A stretch of 64,000 nt of DNA, taken from NCBI GenBank assembly GCA_963774265.1, contig CAVZDU010000002.1, positions 64,001-128,000 on the forward strand. Direction: 5' to 3'. This DNA comes from an uncultured Chloroflexia bacterium. Its GTDB lineage: Bacteria > Chloroflexota > Anaerolineae > CG2-30-64-16. The notes beneath the pieces are model-generated. The model did not search any database. It saw nothing but the letters and a program-made list of their open reading frames with translations, and had not been told where the DNA came from. Shown piece after piece: positions 54,913 through 64,000 of the stretch. How positions within the stretch are numbered: the first letter of the stretch is position 1; each line of letters begins with the position of its first letter. The translations under genes and the position numbers were made by a program.

Positions 54913-56302
54913 ATGGGCGATGGACGCCGGAGGTCCACTATCAACGCAAGTATTGCGGGGCTTGAAGCCCGACTGAATAGCTTCGATTATCACGAACGAA
55001 CCGCGGCCCTTCACGAGCTGGCTGACCTGACCAGGCGTGGTGAAGTGCAGTTGACGCCCCAATTGGGCATCGTGAACATGCACTGCCACACCTTCTTCTC
55101 GTACAATGCATACGGCCACTCGCCTGTGTCCCTGGCGTGGTTGGCCAAGAAAAAGGGCTTCGCGGCCATCGGCATCGTCGACTTTGACGTTCTGGACGGA
55201 GTCGATGAGTTCCTCTCCGCATGCGAACTGCTGGGGGTGCGGGGCAGCGCCGGGATGGAGACACGCGTGTTCATTCCGGAATTTGCGACGCGAGAGATCA
55301 ACTCACCGGGCGAGCCTGGCATCTACTACCACATGGGCATCGGCTTTACGTCAAGCAAGCCACCTACGGAGGTGGCGCCAATCCTTGCGTCGATGCGGAC
55401 CGCGCGCAGCGCGGCGAAATCGTGGAATGCTCGGGCGCATTAACGCACACCTCGCGCCGCTGGAGATCGACTACGAGACTGATGTGCTGCCGCTGACGCC
55501 CGCGGGCAATGCGACTGAGCGGCACATGCTGGCGGCGATGATTCAAGGTTCAGAGCGTCGTTTCCCTGACCTGGACGCACGCGTCGAGTTCTGGGCTGAG
55601 AAAGCTGGCGTTGGGGACGGACAGATAGCGGCCGTCATCGGTGATTATGCCAAGTTTTCGAATCTTCTGCGCGCCAAGCTGATGAAGAAGGGCGGCGTCG
55701 GTTACGTGCAGCCCAGTCCGCAGTCCTTCCCCACGGTCGAGGAATTCCATCGGCTCATTGTCGCTTGCGGTGCGGTGCCATGTGCCACCTGGCTGGACGG
55801 GACGAGCGAAGGCGAGCATGCCATCGGCGAGTTGCTCGAATTGCTCATCGGGAAGGGTGCGGCCGCGCTAAACATTATTCCGGATCGCAACTGGAACGTC
55901 TCAGACCCTGAGATACGCTACGTCAAGATTAAGAATCTGCACGAGATCGTTAAGACCGCAGGGGAACTGGAGCTCCCGCTCAATGTGGGCACTGAAATGA
56001 ATAGCCCGGGCAATCGGCTGGTTGACGACTTCTCGGTCCCCGTCATCGCACCACTGACCGGTTCATTCATGGCGGGCGCGTACTTCATCTATGGTCACAC
56101 GGTGATGCAGAGCGTGCGGCGCATGGGCTATGCGAGCGACTGGGCGCGGACGCATCTTCCGACTCGGCGCGCTCGAAATGCGTTCTATGAGACGGTGGGC
56201 CGTCGCGCGGAGCCGGGAGAAGCTCGTGTTCGCCGGCTGTATGATCTACCGACTGCGGTCACGCCTGCCGCCGTGCTCGATGTGCTCGCGTACGATCGCT
56301 AG
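54913..56302 (+). CDS. PHP-domain protein, frameshift near 55420
   Basis: NMHCHTFFSY, GIVDFD, ETRV, TERH, GTEMN. Confidence 0.7.
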
Positions 56303-56742
56303 CAGACGTTGCATTCCAGAGTTTGCGTTTGAGGGCGGGCGGCACCAGGATGCTCAGGACGAGAGGAGTGGCGCTCGGCAAGGCGCCATTCTCCATTCAC
56401 ATCCACCCAGATGTCGGTGAGCATGAACACAGCGGTGCGGTCTTCGCCGTGAAGGGTGGCCTTCTGGCGCCACAACATGACGGCAACCGCAACGTCGTCA
56501 TACATACGCACATGGATATGGTCGACGGAAGCCTCCGTGATGCTGTAGTCCGCCAACGCTTCAAGCCAGGCATCGCGCGGCACGACTTGCAGCGGCAGGC
56601 TTTCCACAGCGATGACCAGGGAGTAGCCGTCGGCCATCATTCTCTGGAGTGCGGACACATCCTTGCGCTGAAACGCGGCGGCCCATTGCCGCTCAAGGTT
56701 GGAAATCTGCGCTTCTACGGGAAGATCAAGAGGCTGATTCAC
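56299..56742 (-). CDS. NTF2-like / DUF4440 protein
   Basis: LERQWAAAF, VRMYDDVAV, TDIWV...WRLAERHSS; AAGGAG RBS. Confidence 0.8.
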   Translation of the reverse strand: MNQPLDLPVEAQISNLERQWAAAFQRKDVSALQRMMADGYSLVIAVESLPLQVVPRDAWLEALADYSITEASVDHIHVRMYDDVAVAVMLWRQKATLHGEDRTAVFMLTDIWVDVNGEWRLAERHSSRPEHPGAARPQTQTLECNVC

Positions 56743-56822
56743 GACGGTGACTCCTTAATTGCAGGGCAAATTGGAGCCAGTGTAGCGCAAATCGGCCCAA
56801 AACACAAAGGAGCCAACGGAAG

Positions 56823-58064
56823 ATGGCCGAACACCTGCCCGTATATGTGGGCGCCGAGGCACCTGAACGCCTGGCCTGCTTCTGTCACGAACGCGACCTA
56901 AGTCGTCTGGTCATCGTTGCAGACGGCAACACCCATGCAGCGTTGGGACGACACGCCGAAAGCGTGCTCAGGGACGCGGGTTTGGACGTGCGCGCGGTTG
57001 TGCTGCAGGGCGATGACATCGGCGCGGACGCGGCATCGGTATACCAGGTGCTGCTGGGGCTGGATAAGGCCCCGCATACGTTCATTGCGATCGGCTCCGG
57101 CACGGTCACCGATGTAACCCGCTTCGTGAGCCACCGCTCGAACTCGGAGTTCATCTCCCTGCCCACGGCCGCGTCGGTCGATGGATACACATCCATCGGC
57201 GCGCCCATGATCATCGAGGGCGCCAAGGTGACGGTCAAGTGTCAGGGACCGATGGCCGTTTTCGGCGATCGACCCACACTGTGCGCGGCACCGAGGGCGC
57301 TCACTGCAGCCGGTTTCGGAGACCTGATCGCCAAGCTGACCTCTGTGGCAGATTGGGAGCTGGGCCACGTTCTGTGGGATGAACCGTTCGACGGGGAGAT
57401 CGCACGGCGAGCGCGACAAGCCGTGTGGGGCTGCGTGGGCGAGCTTGACTCCTTGGCGGCTGCAGAGCCTGACGGTGTAGAGGCCCTCTTCCTCGGGCTG
57501 ATCGAGTCGGGTTTCTGCATGTTGGACTTCGGCGAGACCCGGCCTGCGTCTGGGTACGAACACCATGTATCGCACTTTTGGGAGATGAAGCTGCTGCGCG
57601 AGGGGCGGCACTCGATCTTCCACGGTGCAAAGGTTGGGTTGGGTGTGCTCGCAAGTGCGGAGTTGTACGACACGGTGCGGCGGCTAAGCGCGGACGACGT
57701 GCGCGCCCGACTTGCTGCGCATCCCGTGCCATCGCGAGCGGCTGAGGAAGCCGCGATCCGCGAGGGTTACCGCGAACATGCTCAATTCGCTATCGAGGCA
57801 CAGCAGCCATTCCTCGGCATGACCTCGGAGCAGTACGATGCGCTGCGCACGCGCATCGTCGACCGGTGGAGCGAGGTTTTGCGCATTGCGGCCAACACGC
57901 CCTCTGCGGCAGAAATGGCTTCATGGCTGCGCCGGGTTGGCGGTGCGACGACGCCAGAGGAGATTGGCCTGAACGCTGAGGAATACAAGATGGGTCTCCG
58001 CGTCGGTCACTACTATCGACCACGCTTCACAGTCAAGAAGTTGACCCACCTGCTTGGCCTGTGA
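56823..58064 (+). CDS. sn-glycerol-1-phosphate dehydrogenase family (AraM-like)
   Basis: GSGTVTD, PTAASVDGYTS, AGFGD, RPASGYEHH, HGAKVG. Confidence 0.88.
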   Translation: MAEHLPVYVGAEAPERLACFCHERDLSRLVIVADGNTHAALGRHAESVLRDAGLDVRAVVLQGDDIGADAASVYQVLLGLDKAPHTFIAIGSGTVTDVTRFVSHRSNSEFISLPTAASVDGYTSIGAPMIIEGAKVTVKCQGPMAVFGDRPTLCAAPRALTAAGFGDLIAKLTSVADWELGHVLWDEPFDGEIARRARQAVWGCVGELDSLAAAEPDGVEALFLGLIESGFCMLDFGETRPASGYEHHVSHFWEMKLLREGRHSIFHGAKVGLGVLASAELYDTVRRLSADDVRARLAAHPVPSRAAEEAAIREGYREHAQFAIEAQQPFLGMTSEQYDALRTRIVDRWSEVLRIAANTPSAAEMASWLRRVGGATTPEEIGLNAEEYKMGLRVGHYYRPRFTVKKLTHLLGL

Positions 58065-58129
58065 GGGCGCCCGCGCCAACGCCCGCCTGCGTGTCGCAGG
58101 CGAGGCCGTATTTTCTTGAGGAGAGCATC

Positions 58130-59896
58130 ATGTCGGACAAACTCGAAATCTACCGCCGCGGTGCACCACCGCAGGGCACAACGAACCGGCTCTGGCCGCT
58201 CTATGGCGCTGGGCTGGAAAACCTGGGGGTAAACGACACCTTCATCGACGTCCCAATGCCCGCTGTTGGCCCGGACGAGTTGTTGGTCCGCCACGATGCG
58301 TGCGGCCTGTGCTTCTCCGACATTAAAGTCATCCGGTTGGGTCAGCAGCATCCGCGCATCACCAAGGACATCGCCAAGGAGCCAGTTGTTCTGGGCCATG
58401 AAGTATCCCTCACCGTCGTCCAGGTAGGCAGCGCGCTGCGGGATCAGTACCGGTCCGGGGATCGCTTCATTGTTCAAGCGGAAATTTACAAAAACGGTAA
58501 AAACCTGGCCTACGGGTATATGCTCCAAGGCGGGCTGTCGGAGTACACGGCCATCACTCAGACAATCCTCAACGGCGACGACGGAAACTACCTTCTCCCG
58601 GTTCAGCCCGACACGGGATATGCCGAAAGCGCCTTGACCGAGCCGTGGGCCTGTGTCACCGCGGCATACGAGCTCAAGTACCGCACGGGGATCAAGACTG
58701 GCGGAGCGTTGTGGATTATCGGCGGACCTGTGCTCTTGGATCGCCCCTATACGATCGGACACGGCTTCGATGATATCTCACATCCCGCCCGGGTGTACGC
58801 GACACACCTTCCCCCCGCGTTTGAAGCATGGCTGCGCGAGCGCGCCGCAACGCTCGGCATCCCCTTTGCCTCCATTGAGGATCTCGCACATCCGACGACG
58901 GACGAAACCGGCCCGCGCACGCACTTCGACGGCAAGCCGGCGCCGAACCACTTCGATGACATCATTGTGCTCGATCCAACACCGGAGTTGCTCGAAACCG
59001 TAAGCCCACACTTAGCTGACTTCGGCGTGTGCGCGCTCGTGGGCGCGCAACCTTTAGCCCGGCCGGTGAGCGTCGATGTAGGACGCGTCCACTACAACCG
59101 GTGGGTGTTCGTCGGCAGCAGTAGCCCGGACCTGTCGGATGCTTATCGCCAGCCCGCGGTACGCTCTGCACTCAGGCCGCGGGGCCGGGCGTGGTTTGTG
59201 GGTGCGGGTGGGCCGATGGGCCGGATGCACCTGCAGCGCGCGATCCAGGTCCCGGATGGACCCTCGACCATCGTCTGCACGGATGTCAGCGATATGCGCC
59301 TGGAAGACCTGTACGAATCGTATCGAGTGGAGGCGGAGTCGCAGGGCGTCGAACTGATCTGCTTGAACCCGACCAACCACGAAGCCTACGAGGCCGGGAT
59401 GACCCGATTCAGGGATCAGGGATTCGATGACATCGTCGTGTTGGCGCCTGTTGCGCCTCTGATTGCCGATTCAGCCAGATGGCTAGCCAAGAACGGCGTG
59501 ATGAACGTTTTCGCTGGGGTGGGCCGCGGCACGTTGGCCGGCCTGGACCTGGGTGAGGCCTACACTCGCGGGACTCGCGTCATTGGGCACTCCGCATCCA
59601 GCATCGACGATCTCAAGCTGATGCTCCACTTCGCTGAGTCCGGCACGCTGTCGCCGAATCGTTCCGTAGCTGCGATCGGCTCGCTGGAAGCAGTCAAAGA
59701 CGGTCTCCGATCCGTGATGGACACGGTCTACCCGGGCAAGGTGGTCATATACCCGCACATCAAGCCGCTGCCGCTGACCGCGGTGCCTGACCTGAAGGAT
59801 GTGCTGCCGACGGTCTACGCCAAGCTCAAGGACGGACGCGAGTGGACCAACGAGGCTGAAGCCGAGTTGTTGCGGGTGATGTTGAAAGAAGAATAG
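58130..59896 (+). CDS. Zinc-binding dehydrogenase, L-sorbose-1-phosphate reductase-like
   Basis: CGLCFSDIK, LGHE, RFIVQA, LTEPWAC, GAGGPMG. Confidence 0.75.
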   Translation: MSDKLEIYRRGAPPQGTTNRLWPLYGAGLENLGVNDTFIDVPMPAVGPDELLVRHDACGLCFSDIKVIRLGQQHPRITKDIAKEPVVLGHEVSLTVVQVGSALRDQYRSGDRFIVQAEIYKNGKNLAYGYMLQGGLSEYTAITQTILNGDDGNYLLPVQPDTGYAESALTEPWACVTAAYELKYRTGIKTGGALWIIGGPVLLDRPYTIGHGFDDISHPARVYATHLPPAFEAWLRERAATLGIPFASIEDLAHPTTDETGPRTHFDGKPAPNHFDDIIVLDPTPELLETVSPHLADFGVCALVGAQPLARPVSVDVGRVHYNRWVFVGSSSPDLSDAYRQPAVRSALRPRGRAWFVGAGGPMGRMHLQRAIQVPDGPSTIVCTDVSDMRLEDLYESYRVEAESQGVELICLNPTNHEAYEAGMTRFRDQGFDDIVVLAPVAPLIADSARWLAKNGVMNVFAGVGRGTLAGLDLGEAYTRGTRVIGHSASSIDDLKLMLHFAESGTLSPNRSVAAIGSLEAVKDGLRSVMDTVYPGKVVIYPHIKPLPLTAVPDLKDVLPTVYAKLKDGREWTNEAEAELLRVMLKEE

Positions 59897-59924
59897 TGCA
59901 CAGATCTAGCTGTGAGGAAAGCAT

Positions 59925-60713
59925 ATGAGTGGATTACGTGATCGGATAGCATTGGTCACTGGCGGCGCGCAGGGGCTGGGGCAGGCCATCTGTCTGCGCC
60001 TGGCGCGCGAGGGGTGTCACGTCGTCGTTGCCGACATCAAGATCGAGCAGGCAGAGGCGACTGCAGCGCTCGTCCGCCAGGAAACCGGACGCCGCGCCCT
60101 TGCCCTACGGATGGACGTGACCGACGAGGCGTCCGTGGCCGAGGGCTTCGCGGCGTGCACGGCCGAGTTCGGCCGGCTCGATATCCTGGTTTCCAACGCC
60201 GGCATCCTCATCGCCGAAGAGGTGGTCGAATCCGACGCAGGCAGGTGGAGGGCCGTGATGATGGTCAACCTGTACGGCTACTACCTGACCGCACGTGCCG
60301 CAACCCGCATCATGAAGGAGCAGCGGAGCGGCGCGATTATCCAGATCAACTCGAAGTCGGGCAAGAAGGGCAGCTTCAAGAATTCGGCGTACGCCGCATC
60401 CAAGTTCGGCGGCATCGGATTCACCCAGAGCCTGGCGTTGGAACTGGCAGAGGCAGGGGTGCGGGTGAATTCAGTGTGTCCCGGCAACCTGCTCGACGGC
60501 ACACTTTGGCAACAGTCTCTGTTCGAGCAGTATGCGCGGAACCAGGGACTCACGCTCGAACAGGTGCGCCAGAAGTATATCGACCAGGTGCCCATGAAGC
60601 GCGGGTGCACTTATGACGACGTGTGCAATGTTGTCGTTTTCCTGGCGTCGGACCAGGCAAGTTATATGACCGGTCAGGCGATCAATGTGACGGGCGGCCA
60701 GGAGATGCGATAG
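59925..60713 (+). CDS. srlD: Sorbitol-6-phosphate dehydrogenase (SDR)
   Basis: TGGAQGLG, IQINSKSGKKGS, NSAYAASKFGG, CPGNLLD, VPMKRGC, TGQAINVTGGQ. Confidence 0.85.
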   Translation: MSGLRDRIALVTGGAQGLGQAICLRLAREGCHVVVADIKIEQAEATAALVRQETGRRALALRMDVTDEASVAEGFAACTAEFGRLDILVSNAGILIAEEVVESDAGRWRAVMMVNLYGYYLTARAATRIMKEQRSGAIIQINSKSGKKGSFKNSAYAASKFGGIGFTQSLALELAEAGVRVNSVCPGNLLDGTLWQQSLFEQYARNQGLTLEQVRQKYIDQVPMKRGCTYDDVCNVVVFLASDQASYMTGQAINVTGGQEMR

Positions 60714-60727
60714 TCACGCAATCGACG

Positions 60728-62092
60728 TCACAGCGCAGTGACCACGTCGCGCAGCCATCGCCCTGACCGCACGCGCCACATCCCAAGCAGGAACTTCGTG
60801 AGCTCGTCACCCAGCACCACCATCATCACAACGAAGTACACTGGCAGGTGGAGCACGAAGGCGCCCAGCAGGGCGAGGGGAATCCCGATGAGCCACATTG
60901 GGCCAGTGTCGATCGCCAGGCTGAATCGGGTGTCTCCGCCGCTGCGCAAGATACCAACGATAATCAACAGATTTGAGGCTTTCAACCAAAGGGCCAGCGC
61001 CATGACCGTCATGACGCCGCGCGAGTAGGCGGCCGCCTCTGGCGAAATGTTGTAAGCGCCCAGAATGAAACGCGAGGCTCCGTAAATAAGCGCGCCCAAT
61101 GCCAAGCCAATCGCAATCGCGAGCGCCAGGAATTTGCGCGAGTAGTCGCGTGCAAGATCGCTGTTGCCCCCGCCGATGGCATTCCCCAAGATGATGGCGC
61201 AGGCGTTGCCTATCCCAAACATGGGCACCAACGCCACGCCCTCGATTGTACTGGCAATGTTCACGGCGGCAACCGATTCGGTGCCAATTCTTGCGTAGAT
61301 TCCTGTGTAGACATTCGTCCCGAGCGCCCATATCAACTCGTTGAGGATCACCGGCACAGTCGTTGTGGCGAACGTCGCAATGAAGGCGCGATTGATCCCG
61401 TGCATGTCAGCCGGGACTAAAGCGGGTGGAAGATGCCAACGGTAGGTGAAGGTGAGCAGGACGATACACTCAATTACGCGCGCGATGACCGTGGCGACCG
61501 CGGCGCCAACGATGCCGAGCTCAGGCAACCCGAAACGGCCGAAGATCAACCCGTAGGCAAGGATCGTCTTAAACGATAAGGCTCCGGCGCTGACTGCAAC
61601 GGGCAGCTTGATATTTCGCGTGGTGCGCAGAGCGATACCGAAAACGGTGCTGAACGCAGTGAAGATGTACGACAGCGCCACAATACGCAAATACGGTGTG
61701 CCAAGCGCCACCACGATCGCGTCGGACGTGTAGAGACGGAGGACGCCGGATGGAATCAGCACTGCGGTTGTCGCGAAAAGCGTGCTGCCCACCACGCCGA
61801 CTATGAGTCCTATCCCGAATGTCTTGCGGAGATTTGGCACATCCTGACGACCCCAGAATTGCGCAGTGAAGATTGCAGTTCCGCTGCCCACGCCGAACAG
61901 GAAGAGGTTCATGAGGAACGTCCACTGATTCGATAATGCCACCGCCGCGACAGAAGTCTCACCCAGCTGACCGATCAGCAGGACGTCGACTGCGTTGAGC
62001 AGGTTGAAGACAAGCGATTGCGCGGCAATGGGCAATGCAACCTTGAGCATGACCGAGTAGAATTTCCGGTCGCCGAAGAATTCACGAAGCAT
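60728..62092 (-). CDS. MATE family efflux transporter
   Basis: ALPIAAQ, DVLLIGQLG, AQFWG, LIFGRFGLPELGIVGAAVAT, GILRSGGDT. Confidence 0.92.
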   Translation of the reverse strand: MLREFFGDRKFYSVMLKVALPIAAQSLVFNLLNAVDVLLIGQLGETSVAAVALSNQWTFLMNLFLFGVGSGTAIFTAQFWGRQDVPNLRKTFGIGLIVGVVGSTLFATTAVLIPSGVLRLYTSDAIVVALGTPYLRIVALSYIFTAFSTVFGIALRTTRNIKLPVAVSAGALSFKTILAYGLIFGRFGLPELGIVGAAVATVIARVIECIVLLTFTYRWHLPPALVPADMHGINRAFIATFATTTVPVILNELIWALGTNVYTGIYARIGTESVAAVNIASTIEGVALVPMFGIGNACAIILGNAIGGGNSDLARDYSRKFLALAIAIGLALGALIYGASRFILGAYNISPEAAAYSRGVMTVMALALWLKASNLLIIVGILRSGGDTRFSLAIDTGPMWLIGIPLALLGAFVLHLPVYFVVMMVVLGDELTKFLLGMWRVRSGRWLRDVVTAL

Positions 62093-62202
62093 AAGAATCG
62101 AGTTTACCACAAGCCGCATTGCCTCCAGAAACCTGGCTTGTGCTCACCCGCGCTTTCGGTTATAACTGGCGAAGCTGAATCGAACCCGGTTAAGGAACCC
62201 AC

Positions 62203-62688
62203 ATGCCGATTACTTCCGAAGCATTCCGTGACGCGCTGCGCCACTTCCCTGCAGGCGTGACCATTGTCACCATCAAGGCTGGCGACGAGGTGCATGGCCT
62301 CACCGTGTCCGCATTCGCCTCTGTCTCGCCTGAACCGCCGCTCATCTTGATCTGTATCGACCATCGGCATCATGCACACGGTCTGCTGAAGCAGGAAGGC
62401 GCCTCGTTCGCCGTGAACATCCTGCGGGAGGACCAGTCGGAGCTTTCGAATCGATTTGCTTATGTCAACGACGAAGACCGCTTCACCGTGGGTGACTGGC
62501 GGATCGCTGAGACCGGCGCTCCGGTGTTGGCGGATGCGCTGGCCTGGCTGGACTGCACGGTCTACTGCCGCAAGCGCGCGGGCACGCACACCATCTACGT
62601 CGGGCATGTGCAGGCATCAAGCGTACCGTCTCCCGACCAGCCCCCACTGGTATGGTGGAATCGCGCATACCACCCGCTCGAAACGTAG
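62203..62688 (+). CDS. Flavin reductase family protein
   Basis: FRDALRHFPAGVTIVT, SVSPEPPL, AGTHTIYVG. Confidence 0.92.
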   Translation: MPITSEAFRDALRHFPAGVTIVTIKAGDEVHGLTVSAFASVSPEPPLILICIDHRHHAHGLLKQEGASFAVNILREDQSELSNRFAYVNDEDRFTVGDWRIAETGAPVLADALAWLDCTVYCRKRAGTHTIYVGHVQASSVPSPDQPPLVWWNRAYHPLET

Positions 62689-62774
62689 CGTACCATTGGC
62701 ATTGCCCGCTTTGAATGTGCATCGATTCACAAGATAGTGATTAGCGCTCTGACGATAGGCGAAGGGAGCTTTCG

Positions 62775-63362
62775 GTGCGATCACAGTCAAGCATCTTTCT
62801 CCTGGTGCTCCTGGTGCTGCTCTTGGCAGCGTGCAGCAGCTATCAATTTCATGGCATCCCGTACGAACCGCCGACCCCTGCCCCATCCATCGAGGGAGCG
62901 AATTGGGATGGCTCGGCATTCAGCCTTGCATCCCTCCAAGGCAAGACAGCCCTCGTTTTCTTTGGATACACATCCTGCCCCGACGTGTGCCCGACCACCC
63001 TGGCCGAGATGCGCGTTCTGTTCGAAAACCTGGATGCACGCGCCAAAGATGTCGCGGTTGTGTTTGTGAGCGTAGACCCGGAGCGTGACACCACGCAACG
63101 CCTCGGCGAATATGTACCCATGTTTAGCAACGCGTTTTTTGGCGTCCACATCGAGCCGGACGCCCTGGAGACCGTCAAACAGGGGTACGGTGTCATCGCT
63201 CAGAAGGTTTTCTACAATCCCCAGGACTCGGCGGCGGGTTACTCGATCGATCACACGGCGCGCCTCTATCTCATCGACAAAACCGGCACGCTGGTCACCT
63301 CGTATCCGTATGGATCACCGGTGGAGAACATCCAGAAGGACGTTGAACATCTACTCAAGTAA
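62775..63362 (+). CDS. SCO1/SenC copper-binding lipoprotein
   Basis: Lipobox LAAC, FGYTSCPDVCP, VSVDPERDT, IDHT. Confidence 0.93.
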   Translation: MRSQSSIFLLVLLVLLLAACSSYQFHGIPYEPPTPAPSIEGANWDGSAFSLASLQGKTALVFFGYTSCPDVCPTTLAEMRVLFENLDARAKDVAVVFVSVDPERDTTQRLGEYVPMFSNAFFGVHIEPDALETVKQGYGVIAQKVFYNPQDSAAGYSIDHTARLYLIDKTGTLVTSYPYGSPVENIQKDVEHLLK

Positions 63363-63372
63363 GGGAGAGCCC

Positions 63373-63819
63373 ATGAGGCTGTCGGTACCTTTCCGTAGCG
63401 TCGCAATGCTAGCTGTTGTTTTGCTTTGCGCCGGATGCGCGGCGCCGAGCGGTGGGAAGGCCATTGCGGTCGAGAACCCATTCGCCCGGCCATCTCCATC
63501 AGAAGGGGGAAACGGCGGCGCATTCATGACGATCATAAACTCCGGCGGGGCGGTCGATCGCCTGATCTCCGCGAAGAGTGCCGCGTCCAAATCAGTGGAG
63601 CTGCATGAAACGACCGAAGAAGGCGGCGTCATGAAGATGCGTCCCGTGCCCGGCGGCTTTGAGATCCCCGCGAACGACCGCCTGGAGCTCAAACCAGGCG
63701 GCAAGCACTTGATGCTCATCGATCTCACCGCGCCCCTGACCGTTGGGCAGCAGATCGAGATCATCCTCAATTTCGACAGAGCCGGCGCGATCACGCTGAA
63801 AGTCCCAGTTCAGGAGTAG
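63373..63819 (+). CDS. Copper chaperone PCu(A)C
   Basis: Lipobox-like CAGC, VELHET...MKMR...PGGKHLML. Confidence 0.92.
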   Translation: MRLSVPFRSVAMLAVVLLCAGCAAPSGGKAIAVENPFARPSPSEGGNGGAFMTIINSGGAVDRLISAKSAASKSVELHETTEEGGVMKMRPVPGGFEIPANDRLELKPGGKHLMLIDLTAPLTVGQQIEIILNFDRAGAITLKVPVQE

Positions 63820-63892
63820 AATGCGGGACTGCCCGTCAATGCGGACCGGCAGTTCATTCGTGTCGCTCGGCTACGGCCAACGGTTCAATGCG

Positions 63893-64000
63893 CTATTCTT
63901 GGATCTCAAACCCCCAGAACCACGTGACCGGTTTGCCATTTTTCGACTGGATCACGATATCCACGGAGTGCTGTCCTGGCGTCAACTGGTTCCCATTGGG
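63893..64000 (-). CDS. 3' end of a hypothetical protein entering from beyond the window
   Basis: Open frame ...LTPGQHSVDIVIQSKNGKPVTWFWGFEIQE* resembles the end of an Ig-like domain. Confidence 0.45.
   Translation of the reverse strand, partial: PNGNQLTPGQHSVDIVIQSKNGKPVTWFWGFEIQE

Noticed and set aside
56823-58064. Evidence for archaeal-type G1P lipids
   Set aside because: It is an AraM-like gene in a sugar-catabolic context, with no GGGP synthase or related lipid genes in the window.

Overview
GC-rich bacterial DNA; the gene content suggests Chloroflexota (Anaerolineae/Caldilineae-like). Many genes carry single-base frameshifts, typical of an unpolished long-read assembly. (1) 1-24.6 kb: minus-strand cell-envelope glycosylation cluster with seven large GT-C-like membrane proteins (three with DUF2298/YYY domains), a methyltransferase, a GT4, an RfbE-like epimerase and a flippase-like protein. 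(2) 24.7-29.9 kb: a YabE-like gene, an IS5, amrS and an IS66. (3) 29.9-34.9 kb: tRNA-Sec (selC) followed by a decaying ~4.8-kb island bounded by an 87-bp tRNA duplication. It carries an MTase-REase fusion, a serine recombinase with its catalytic Ser changed to Phe, and an REase pseudogene. (4) Two paralogous structured RNA elements (34.5 and 36.1 kb), each with a promoter, an attenuator-like switch and an embedded antisense promoter, plus an inverted tRNA-Sec 5' half. (5) 35-49 kb: glycoside-hydrolase-like genes, an ABC exporter, an AAA-TPR protein and a giant FG-GAP/metallopeptidase. (6) 49-64 kb: a TIGR03960/TIGR03936 radical SAM pair with a tRNA-like leader, a rare-sugar/polyol operon with a LacI-type operator, MATE, flavin reductase and SCO/PCuAC. 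All family calls come from recognising motifs by eye; no database search was run.
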